The position numbers and the translations under genes are program-made. Positions 15,701-23,151 of a DNA stretch of 41,857 nt are shown here, one piece after another (position 1 is the first letter of the stretch; every line of letters starts with the position of its first letter). The DNA is from an uncultured Gammaproteobacteria bacterium (GTDB taxonomy: Bacteria; Patescibacteriota; Microgenomatia; UBA12405; JAHJSD01): positions 1 through 41,857 of the forward strand of contig CAZJMH010000001.1 in the NCBI GenBank assembly GCA_964547295.1. Direction: 5' to 3'. The notes under the pieces were generated by a model that saw only the letters and a program-made list of their open reading frames with translations, was not told the DNA's origin and searched no databases.

Positions 15701-15895
15701 GCACATAAAGCCTTTTTAACTTTGCAAGAAATGCTGACAATTAAGTCTGATGATGTGAGCGGTCGCGGTGAAGCTTTTCAAGCGATGATTAAAGGCCGGC
15801 CGATTCCAGATCCCGGTATTCCAGAATCATTTAAGGTTATGGTTAAAGAACTGGCTGGTTTAGGATTAAAAGTTAATCCTGTTAAGGAAGAATAA
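12713..15895 (+). CDS. rpoB: DNA-directed RNA polymerase subunit beta (1060 aa)
   Basis: Conserved beta motifs are present: [87 protein letters not shown]. Confidence 0.97.
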   Translation: [1060 protein letters not shown]

Positions 15896-15896
15896 T

Positions 15897-18800
15897 ATGT
15901 CTAATAAACTTAAAAAAAGAGATATGAGCTTTGAAGGTTTTGGTGACCTAGCAGAATTTGACGGTTTGAGAATAAAATTAGCTTCTCCTGAAGAAATTTT
16001 AAGCTGGTCACACGGTGAAGTAACCGAACCGGAGACAATTAATTATCGGACTTGGAGACCAGAAAAAAACGGTCTTTTTTGTGAAAAAATATTTGGGCCG
16101 ACAAAAAATTATCAATGTTATTGCGGAAAATACAAAAAAAGGCGTTATAAGGGGGTTGTTTGTGATAAATGTGGTGTTGAGGTAACTCATTCTCAGGTTA
16201 GAAGAGAGAGAATGGGGCATATTACATTGGCAGCTCCAGCTGTTCATCTCTGGTATTGGAGAAATATATTTTCTCCCTTATCTTATTTACTTAATATTTC
16301 CCGGAAGGACTTAGAAGGTGTTATTTATTTTACCCGCTATATGGTATTAGAGTGCGACGGAAGGGTTCAAAGAGGAGCAGCATCTAAAATTGAAGAAGGA
16401 ATTGATGTTAAAAAGAAAGCAATTTCTAAGACAGTTGAAGAAAAAATGAAAAAGCTTCAACAATCAAAAGACAAAGAAGAAAAGAAATTAGGAAAAGAGA
16501 TAAAGCACGATGACCAGTTGGCAATTGCTAAAGAAGAGTTAAATGTTAAATTTAGGCAAAAAAAGCAACGTTTAAAAAATAAAGAAGCAGTTGAACATGA
16601 AAAATTAGATGAATTAAAAGAGGACCTAATTGACAAGGCAGAATCAATTGATGTTTTATCTGTTCTTACTGAACCAGAGCTTTATCATTTAAGACAATTT
16701 GGTGCTGATGATTTTTTTGAGGTTGAAGTCGGGGCAGAAGCAATACTTAAAGTTTTAAAAGATTTCAAATTAAAGACTAGGGTTAAAAAGTTAAGAAAAT
16801 CACTTAAGAAAACAAGAAGTAAACAGAAAAAAAAGAAATTAATGCGCCGAATCCGGGTTATAAATGGTATGTTAAAAGCTGAAGTAGAGCCCTCTTGGAT
16901 GGTGTTAAGAACTTTACCGGTTATTCCACCAGAACTTCGTCCTATGGTCCAGCTGACTGGTGGCCGGTTTGCTACTAGTGATTTAAATGACCTTTATCGG
17001 CGTGTAATTAACCGCAATAATCGGCTAAAAAGGTTGATGGAATTGGGTGCGCCAGAAATCATTTTAAGAAATGAAAAGCGGATGTTGCAAGAATCTGTTG
17101 ATATGTTAATTGATGCCTCAAGAAGTAGGCGTCAGCGCTATTCTAAACGGCCGCCAAGGTCATTATCTGATTTGCTTAAAGGAAAAAAGGGCAGATTTAG
17201 ACGTAACTTATTGGGTAAGCGAGTGGATTATTCTGGTCGAAGTGTAATTGTTAGTGGTCCAAAATTAAAACTTAATGAATGTGGTTTACCAAGAGAAATG
17301 GCTTTGGAATTATTCCGGCCGTTTATTCTTAGGGAAATGATTTTAAGAGGTTTAGCGCCTAACGTAAGAAGTGCTAAAGGGATTTTAGACCATAAACCGC
17401 CAGAGGTTTATGATATTTTAGAAACAGTTGTAAAAGACAAATTAGTTTTACTTAATCGGGCGCCGACGTTACACAAGTTGTCCATTCAGGCTTTAAAGCC
17501 AATATTAATTGATGGTTTGGCAATTCAAATCCCGGCTTGTATATGTTCTGGTTTTAATGCTGACTTTGATGGTGACGAAATGGGTGTTCATTTACCTCTT
17601 TCTAAAAAAGCGCAAAAAGAAGTTAAAGAAAAAATGATGCCGAGAAGTAATTTGCTTAAGCCGGCCAGTGGACGGCCAATTTCTGTTCCTACCAAAGAAA
17701 TGGTAGTTGGTTGTTATTATCTGACTTCGGTTCGAACAGAAGATTTAGGTTTGTTAGAAAATAAAAAAGAAAGCTTACAAAAAGTATCTCTTTTTGGTGA
17801 CCCAGAGGAGGCCCTAATTAGTTGGAGGACAAATAAAATTGGGGTCCGGCAACTCATTGGGGTTAGAATTAATAAGGAGATGATTTTAACAACAGTCGGT
17901 CGGATTTTATTTAATCAAGCATTGCCGAAAGAGTTAGGTTTTATTAATCAGCCAGTAGAATCAGGTGAGGTTAAAAAGTTGATTAATAATGCTTATAAAA
18001 ATTTAGATGAGAAAAAAGTGGTTGATTTAATTGACCGGCTGAAAGATTTAGGATTTTGGGGGGCAACTTATTCTGGTATTTCTCCTTCTATTTTTGATTG
18101 TAAATTATTGCCCGACAAAGAAAAAATTATTGAAGAAGCAAATCAAAGAGCAAGCCAAATTGAAGAGAATTATCGAGAAGGTTTAATAACTGCTAATGAA
18201 AAAAATGAATTAACTCAGAATATGTGGATTGAAACAACAGAAACTATTGCCGATTTGACTTGGGACCGATTCGGCGCTGATGACCCAATTAAAATGATAA
18301 GTGACGCTGGTATAAGTAGAGTTTCAAGAGACCAAATAAAACAAGTTTCAGGAATGAGGGGATTAATTGTTGACCCGCTCGGTCAAATTGTTCCCTTACC
18401 GACTAAATCTAACTTTAGGGAGGGCCTTTCCGTTTTTGAATATGTAACCGGTGCTCGTGGATCAAGAAAAGGATTGACTGATACAGCTTTAAAAACTGCT
18501 GATGCCGGGTATCTTACCCGTCGGCTGGTTGATGTTGCTCATAGCAGTTTGGTTAGAGAAGAAGATTGTGGAACAACCAGGAAAATGATTATTAATAGGG
18601 ACGGAGAACGACTTAAATCATTTGCCAAGAGAATTCATGGTCGTTATTTAGCTGAAAAAGTTGTTGATCCAGAAAATAATAAAGTTTTATTTAAAAAGGG
18701 CCATTTAGTTGATGAAGAAGAAGCTGAGTTAATTAATGAAAAGGGAGTTAGTCAAGTTGCTGTTCGTTCTCCACTTTACTGCCGAACAAAGTATGGGGTT

Positions 18801-19658
18801 TGTTCTAAGTGTTACGGATGGGACATGTCAAACAAAAAACCTGTTCAAATTGGAACTCCGGTAGGTGTAGTTGCCGCTCAATCTATTGGTGAACCAGGAA
18901 CACAATTAACAATGAGAACTAAACATGCAGGTGGAGTTGTTGGCAAGGATGTTACCCAAGGCTTGCCGAGAGTAGAAGAATTGTTAGAGGTTAGAACTCC
19001 CAAAAACTTGTCACCTTTAGCGGAAGTTGATGGAAAGGTTAAAATTAAAGAAACAGAACAGGGGTATCAAATCAGCCTTATTAGTGGGCGGGGCAAAAAA
19101 AAGAAAAGCGTTTCTTACCGTGTTCCCCTGACTAGTCAGTTAAAAGTTGAAGATGGTCAGCCGGTATCCAAGGGGACACAGTTGGCCTCTGGCTCTCTGG
19201 ATGTTGAACAGGTATTAGAAGTTTTAGGCTTGCGTCGAGCCCAGCTTTATTTATTGAAAGAAGTTCAGGCGGTTTATGAGTCTCAGGGAATTACTATTCA
19301 CGATAAGCATGTAGAAACTTTAATTAGAGAAATGAGCAGTCGTGTGAAGATTATTCGGCCTGGTGATTCTGATTTCTTAATTGGTGAATTTGTTGAACAA
19401 CCAATATATCAGGAAACAAATGAAGAATTAAAAGAGGCGGGTAAAAAGCCAGCAAAAGGGCGAAGAGTTATTCTTGGCTTGATTAAAGCGGCTCTTAATA
19501 CCTACTCTTGGTTATCAGCAGCTTCATTTCAACATACAACCAATGTTTTGACCGAAGCTTCAATTTTGGGCAAAGTTGACCCAATGATTGGTTTAAAAGA
19601 AAATGTTATTGTCGGTCGTAAAATTCCAGTCACTCCTGAAAGAGCAAGGCTTGAATAA
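15897..19658 (+). CDS. rpoC: DNA-directed RNA polymerase subunit beta' (1253 aa)
   Basis: A zinc motif (CYCGKYKKRRYKGVVCDKCG) is present, together with LPVIPPELRP, RFATSDLNDLYRRVINRNNRLKRL, the catalytic NADFDGDEM and GEPGTQLTMRT. Confidence 0.97.
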   Translation: MSNKLKKRDMSFEGFGDLAEFDGLRIKLASPEEILSWSHGEVTEPETINYRTWRPEKNGLFCEKIFGPTKNYQCYCGKYKKRRYKGVVCDKCGVEVTHSQVRRERMGHITLAAPAVHLWYWRNIFSPLSYLLNISRKDLEGVIYFTRYMVLECDGRVQRGAASKIEEGIDVKKKAISKTVEEKMKKLQQSKDKEEKKLGKEIKHDDQLAIAKEELNVKFRQKKQRLKNKEAVEHEKLDELKEDLIDKAESIDVLSVLTEPELYHLRQFGADDFFEVEVGAEAILKVLKDFKLKTRVKKLRKSLKKTRSKQKKKKLMRRIRVINGMLKAEVEPSWMVLRTLPVIPPELRPMVQLTGGRFATSDLNDLYRRVINRNNRLKRLMELGAPEIILRNEKRMLQESVDMLIDASRSRRQRYSKRPPRSLSDLLKGKKGRFRRNLLGKRVDYSGRSVIVSGPKLKLNECGLPREMALELFRPFILREMILRGLAPNVRSAKGILDHKPPEVYDILETVVKDKLVLLNRAPTLHKLSIQALKPILIDGLAIQIPACICSGFNADFDGDEMGVHLPLSKKAQKEVKEKMMPRSNLLKPASGRPISVPTKEMVVGCYYLTSVRTEDLGLLENKKESLQKVSLFGDPEEALISWRTNKIGVRQLIGVRINKEMILTTVGRILFNQALPKELGFINQPVESGEVKKLINNAYKNLDEKKVVDLIDRLKDLGFWGATYSGISPSIFDCKLLPDKEKIIEEANQRASQIEENYREGLITANEKNELTQNMWIETTETIADLTWDRFGADDPIKMISDAGISRVSRDQIKQVSGMRGLIVDPLGQIVPLPTKSNFREGLSVFEYVTGARGSRKGLTDTALKTADAGYLTRRLVDVAHSSLVREEDCGTTRKMIINRDGERLKSFAKRIHGRYLAEKVVDPENNKVLFKKGHLVDEEEAELINEKGVSQVAVRSPLYCRTKYGVCSKCYGWDMSNKKPVQIGTPVGVVAAQSIGEPGTQLTMRTKHAGGVVGKDVTQGLPRVEELLEVRTPKNLSPLAEVDGKVKIKETEQGYQISLISGRGKKKKSVSYRVPLTSQLKVEDGQPVSKGTQLASGSLDVEQVLEVLGLRRAQLYLLKEVQAVYESQGITIHDKHVETLIREMSSRVKIIRPGDSDFLIGEFVEQPIYQETNEELKEAGKKPAKGRRVILGLIKAALNTYSWLSAASFQHTTNVLTEASILGKVDPMIGLKENVIVGRKIPVTPERARLE

Positions 19659-19681
19659 AATTAACCTAATTAACCCAATTA

Positions 19682-19690
19682 TGTTATAAT
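19682..19690 (+). promoter_or_regulatory. Extended -10 element TGTTATAAT upstream of rpsL
   Basis: The sequence is a perfect TGnTATAAT, 30 nt upstream of the rpsL ATG. Confidence 0.45.
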
Positions 19691-19720
19691 GTATAGCGAT
19701 ATAATTTTAAAATTTTTATT

Positions 19721-20176
19721 ATGCCAACAATTAATCAATTGGTCCGAAAGGGCCGTAAGCAACCAAAAAAGAAATCAAAAAGTCCGGCTTTGCACGGAAA
19801 ATTAAATACGATAAAGGGCAGAGTAATTGATGTTCAATCTCCGCAAAAACGGGGGGTTGTTACTCAAGTTAAAACTATGGCCCCGAAAAAGCCGCATTCA
19901 GCCTTAAGGAAAGTGGCTAAGGTTCGTTTATCTAATCATCGAGAAGTCACTGCTTATATTCCCGGCGAAGGTCATAATTTAGCAGAACACTCAATCGTTA
20001 TGATTCGTGGAGGACGTGTTCGGGACTTGCCGGGTGTTAAATATCATGTAATTCGTGGCGTTGCTGATTCTAGTGGGGTTGTTGGCCGTAAAACAAGTCG
20101 CAGTAAATACGGGACACCGAAGGCAGAAATACCTGAAAGTGGTGGTTCAACTGACCAGGAGTTGGAGGAAGCTTAA
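19721..20176 (+). CDS. rpsL: 30S ribosomal protein S12 (151 aa, with an internal insertion and an acidic C-terminal tail)
   Basis: S12 motifs are present: [64 protein letters not shown]. Confidence 0.95.
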   Translation: MPTINQLVRKGRKQPKKKSKSPALHGKLNTIKGRVIDVQSPQKRGVVTQVKTMAPKKPHSALRKVAKVRLSNHREVTAYIPGEGHNLAEHSIVMIRGGRVRDLPGVKYHVIRGVADSSGVVGRKTSRSKYGTPKAEIPESGGSTDQELEEA

Positions 20177-20177
20177 A

Positions 20178-20657
20178 ATGTCGAGAAAAGGATCAATAAA
20201 ACCAAGAGAAGTTAAAAAAGACCCGGTTTATAACAGCCGTTTGGTAACCAAACTAATTAATCGGGTGATGAAAGACGGCAAAAAATCAGTTGCCAGAAAA
20301 CAGGTTTATCAGGCTTTTGAAATAATCAAGAAAAAAGAAAAAACTGATCCGATGACGGTTTTTAGACAGGCAATGAATAATATCCGCCCGGATAAAGAAG
20401 TTCGGTCTCGTCGAGTTGGTGGAGCTGCTTACCAGGTTCCGATGCAGGTTCGCGGGCCGAGAAAGGATTCTCTGGCAATCAGGTGGATAATTAATTCTGC
20501 CCGTCAACGCCCAAATTCTGAATATCATACTTATGGAAAAAAGCTGGCCGCTGAAATAATTGATGCTTATAACCAGCAAGGTGGTGCTTACAACAAAAAA
20601 GAGCAGATTGAACGCGCTGCTGAAGCCAATAAAGCCTTCTCTCACCTCCGCTGGTAA
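20178..20657 (+). CDS. rpsG: 30S ribosomal protein S7 (159 aa)
   Basis: I chose the ATG at 20178, which is preceded by GGAGGAAGC and lies 1 nt after the rpsL stop. The translation MSRKGSIKPREVKKDPVYNSRLVTKLINRVMKDGKKSVA matches the S7 N-terminus. The 200-aa track ORF starting at 20055 is an artefactual upstream extension inside rpsL. Confidence 0.93.
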   Translation: MSRKGSIKPREVKKDPVYNSRLVTKLINRVMKDGKKSVARKQVYQAFEIIKKKEKTDPMTVFRQAMNNIRPDKEVRSRRVGGAAYQVPMQVRGPRKDSLAIRWIINSARQRPNSEYHTYGKKLAAEIIDAYNQQGGAYNKKEQIERAAEANKAFSHLRW

Positions 20658-20724
20658 TTTATCAGGTAATACCAGGATTTAACCTGTGTTTGTTTACCCA
20701 TGCTAAAGGGATAAATTAGTTATC

Positions 20725-20752
20725 ACGGTTGAGAAAAACCGTTTAAACTTTT
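20725..20752 (+). terminator. Weak terminator-like hairpin ACGGTT-GAGAAA-AACCGT followed by TTAAACTTTT, downstream of rpsG
   Basis: The stem is 6 bp with a 6-nt loop, and the T tract is interrupted. Confidence 0.3.
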
Positions 20753-20798
20753 AGGTCAAATCTTATGTAAAATAATTCAAAATAAAAAAGATAAAAAA

Positions 20799-20838
20799 TC
20801 CTCCTCCAACTACTACGATCGTAGTAGTTAGGGGAGGA
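20799..20838 (-). terminator. Strong 40-nt palindromic hairpin whose U-tract lies on the minus strand (A-rich on the plus-strand 5' side)
   Basis: The sequence is TCCTCCTCCAACTACTACGA|TCGTAGTAGTTAGGGGAGGA, about 20 bp with one mismatch and one G-U. Its core AACTACTACGATCGTAGTAGTT is a perfect 22-bp palindrome. On the plus strand it is preceded by AAAAAAGATAAAAAA and followed by AAATTAAAA. It therefore reads as an intrinsic terminator only for minus-strand transcription. Confidence 0.45.
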
Positions 20839-20902
20839 AAATTAAAACAGGATTCCTAATAATTTGCGGTGCCTATTCATTTATTTGCTTCTCAAGTTTG
20901 GT

Positions 20903-20911
20903 TGTGATAAT
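20903..20911 (+). promoter_or_regulatory. Extended -10 element TGTGATAAT, a probable fusA promoter
   Basis: The sequence matches TGnGATAAT and lies 84 nt upstream of the fusA ATG, after a 338-bp spacer. Confidence 0.45.
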
Positions 20912-20941
20912 ATATTTATTGCATTATTCGGAAGAGTAATC

Positions 20942-20990
20942 TCCCGCCGAAAGGCCCTTGAAATTGGTTTTTAACGGCGGGGATATTTTT
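20942..20990 (+). promoter_or_regulatory. fusA 5' leader stem-loop: CCCGCCG (20943-20949) pairs with CGGCGGG (20975-20981), followed by ATATTTTT
   Basis: A 7-bp all-GC stem, plus a possible T-G closing pair, encloses a 25-nt loop. The 3' arm contains the only SD-like purine run (GGCGGGGA) ahead of the ATG at 20996. Confidence 0.35.
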
Positions 20991-20995
20991 GACTT

Positions 20996-23092
20996 ATGGC
21001 ACAACCAATTGAAGTAACAGAAAACCGGGATGTTCCGATGGAGAAAATAAGGAACATTGGAATTATTGCACATGTTAATGCTGGTAAGACAACAACTACT
21101 GAGCGGATGTTGTTTGAAACCGGCAGGACTTATAAGTTGGGTTCAGTTGATGAGGGTTCAACAGTCACCGATTGGATGGACCAGGAGCGTGAGCGGGGCA
21201 TAACAATTGTTTCAGCGGCGGTGACAACTTTTTGGCGGGACCACCGGATTAATATTATTGATACTCCTGGACATATTGATTTTACGGCTGAAGTTGAACG
21301 GTCACTTCGGGTTTTAGACGGCGCAGTAATGGTTTTTGACGGTCGAACTGGTGTTGAAGCGCAATCAGAAACGGTTTGGCACCAAGCAGACAAATATTCA
21401 GTTCCCAGAATTTGTGTTTTTAATAAATTAAATTTAGTTGGAGCTGATTTTGAAGGCTCAGTTGAAAGTATCCGGGCAAGGTTAGGAGCAAATGCTTCAC
21501 CTATACAACTTCCTTTGGGCTTGGGACATGATCTTCAGGGGGCAATTAATTTAGTTACCATGAAGGCCTATAAATATGATGGAGTCGAAGATAATAAACT
21601 TGAGGAAATTGAAATACCAAAGGATTTTTTGGATAAAGTTGAGATTTATCGTGAGAAATTAATTGAAAGTGTTGCTGAAGTTGATGAGACTATTTTACAA
21701 AAATTTTTAGAAGGTGAAAAAATTGAAGTTGATGAGCTTAAACAAGCAATTAGAAAAGGCGTGATTAATGGAGAATTTTTTCCGATTATGGGTGGAGACA
21801 GCCGGACGGTTAGTGTGCAATTGGTATTGGATGCGATTGTTGATTATCTACCTTCACCTTTGGACTTGCCTCCGGCAGAAGGGATTAATCCTAAAACAAA
21901 GAAAGAGGAAAAGCGCCAGCCGAAAAAAGATGAACCATTTTCAGCTTTGCTGTTTAAGATTCAAACTGACCCCCATGTTGGCAAATTAGCTTATTTAAGG
22001 ATTTATTCCGGCAGCTTAGAAAGTTCTTCCAAAGTTTATAACCCGACGCAGAATCGAACTGAGCGTGTTGGCCGCTTATTATTGATGCATGCTGATAAAC
22101 GAGAAGGAATTGATGAAGGGTATGCCGGAGAAATTGTTGCTGCTATTGGACTGAAAGATTCAGTTACTGGAGATACTCTTTGTGATGCTTCAAATCCGGT
22201 TATTTATGAAAATATTGAGTTTCCCGAACCAGTTATATCATTGTCAATCGAGCCGGAAACTAAGGCAGACCAGGAAAAATTAAGTGCTGCCTTGAATAAA
22301 TTTATGGAAGAAAACCCGACTTTTCAAACAAAAATTGACCATGATACCGGCCAAACAATTATTTCTGGTATGGGTGAGCTGCATTTGGAAATTTTGGTTG
22401 AACGGATGAGGCGTGAATTTGGAGTTAATGTTAAAACCGGTAAACCACAGATTGCCTACAGAGAAGCAATAACCAAAACAGTTGAGGCAGAAGGCCAATA
22501 TATTCGGCAGAGCGGTGGACGCGGTCAATACGGCCATTGTTTATTAAGGCTTGAACCTCGGGAAAGGGGCGAGGGCTTTTTATTTGAATCAGAGATTAAA
22601 GGAGCGTCAATTCCGGACAACTTTATTCCAGCTATAGAAAAGGGAGCAAAAGAGGCGACTGAAAAAGGTATTATTGCTGGTTATCCTTTGGTTGATGTTA
22701 AAGTGGTTGTTTATGACGGCAGTTACCATGAAGTTGATTCTTCTGATATGGCTTTTAAAATTGCCGCTTCTATTGCCACTCAAAAGGCGGCTAGAAGAGC
22801 TGATCCGGTTTTATTGGAGCCGATTATGAAATTAGAAGTAAATACACCAGATGAGTTTTTAGGTCAGGTAATTGGTGATTTATCGTCCCGCCGGGCCAAA
22901 ATTTTAGGAACTGAAACCAGAGGAAAATTAAAAGTAATTAATGCTTTGGTTCCATTAGCCGAAGTGCGTGGTTATGCGACGATAATTAGAAGCTTGACAC
23001 AGGGCAGAGGTTCTTTTTATATGGAGCCTTCTCATTATGAGAAAGTTCCGACTAATATTCAAGAAGAGCTTGTTGCAAATAGTACTACATAA
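20996..23092 (+). CDS. fusA: Elongation factor G (698 aa)
   Basis: EF-G motifs are present: NIGIIAHVNAGKTTTTERML, DWMDQERERGITI, IIDTPGHIDF, NKLN, GELHLEILVERM. Confidence 0.96.
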   Translation: MAQPIEVTENRDVPMEKIRNIGIIAHVNAGKTTTTERMLFETGRTYKLGSVDEGSTVTDWMDQERERGITIVSAAVTTFWRDHRINIIDTPGHIDFTAEVERSLRVLDGAVMVFDGRTGVEAQSETVWHQADKYSVPRICVFNKLNLVGADFEGSVESIRARLGANASPIQLPLGLGHDLQGAINLVTMKAYKYDGVEDNKLEEIEIPKDFLDKVEIYREKLIESVAEVDETILQKFLEGEKIEVDELKQAIRKGVINGEFFPIMGGDSRTVSVQLVLDAIVDYLPSPLDLPPAEGINPKTKKEEKRQPKKDEPFSALLFKIQTDPHVGKLAYLRIYSGSLESSSKVYNPTQNRTERVGRLLLMHADKREGIDEGYAGEIVAAIGLKDSVTGDTLCDASNPVIYENIEFPEPVISLSIEPETKADQEKLSAALNKFMEENPTFQTKIDHDTGQTIISGMGELHLEILVERMRREFGVNVKTGKPQIAYREAITKTVEAEGQYIRQSGGRGQYGHCLLRLEPRERGEGFLFESEIKGASIPDNFIPAIEKGAKEATEKGIIAGYPLVDVKVVVYDGSYHEVDSSDMAFKIAASIATQKAARRADPVLLEPIMKLEVNTPDEFLGQVIGDLSSRRAKILGTETRGKLKVINALVPLAEVRGYATIIRSLTQGRGSFYMEPSHYEKVPTNIQEELVANSTT

Positions 23093-23101
23093 TGTTAAAA
23101 T
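23093..23101 (+). promoter_or_regulatory. Possible internal extended -10 element TGTTAAAAT directly after the fusA stop, upstream of tuf
   Basis: The sequence is TGnTAAAAT-like. tuf has its own strong SD (AAGGAGGAAG). Confidence 0.3.
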
Positions 23102-23151
23102 CTAGAAGAAAAATAAGTTAGTTATTATAGTTTTATTTAAGGAGGAAGTAA

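Noticed and set aside
14075-16247. Several short ORFs lie antisense or out of frame within rpoB/rpoC (14075-14293, 14450-14668, 14676-14912, 16008-16247).
   Set aside because: They are embedded in unambiguous RNAP genes and have low-complexity translations.
20055-20177. The rpsG reading frame has a 41-codon upstream extension (track ORF 20055-20657).
   Set aside because: The extension lies inside the rpsL coding region. The canonical S7 N-terminus begins at the ATG at 20178, which has a GGAGG SD directly after the rpsL stop.
21026-21070. The EF-G P-loop reads AHVNAGKTT instead of the usual AHIDAGKTT.
   Set aside because: This is a single conservative Asp-to-Asn change next to the P-loop. 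On its own it is not enough to suggest altered function.
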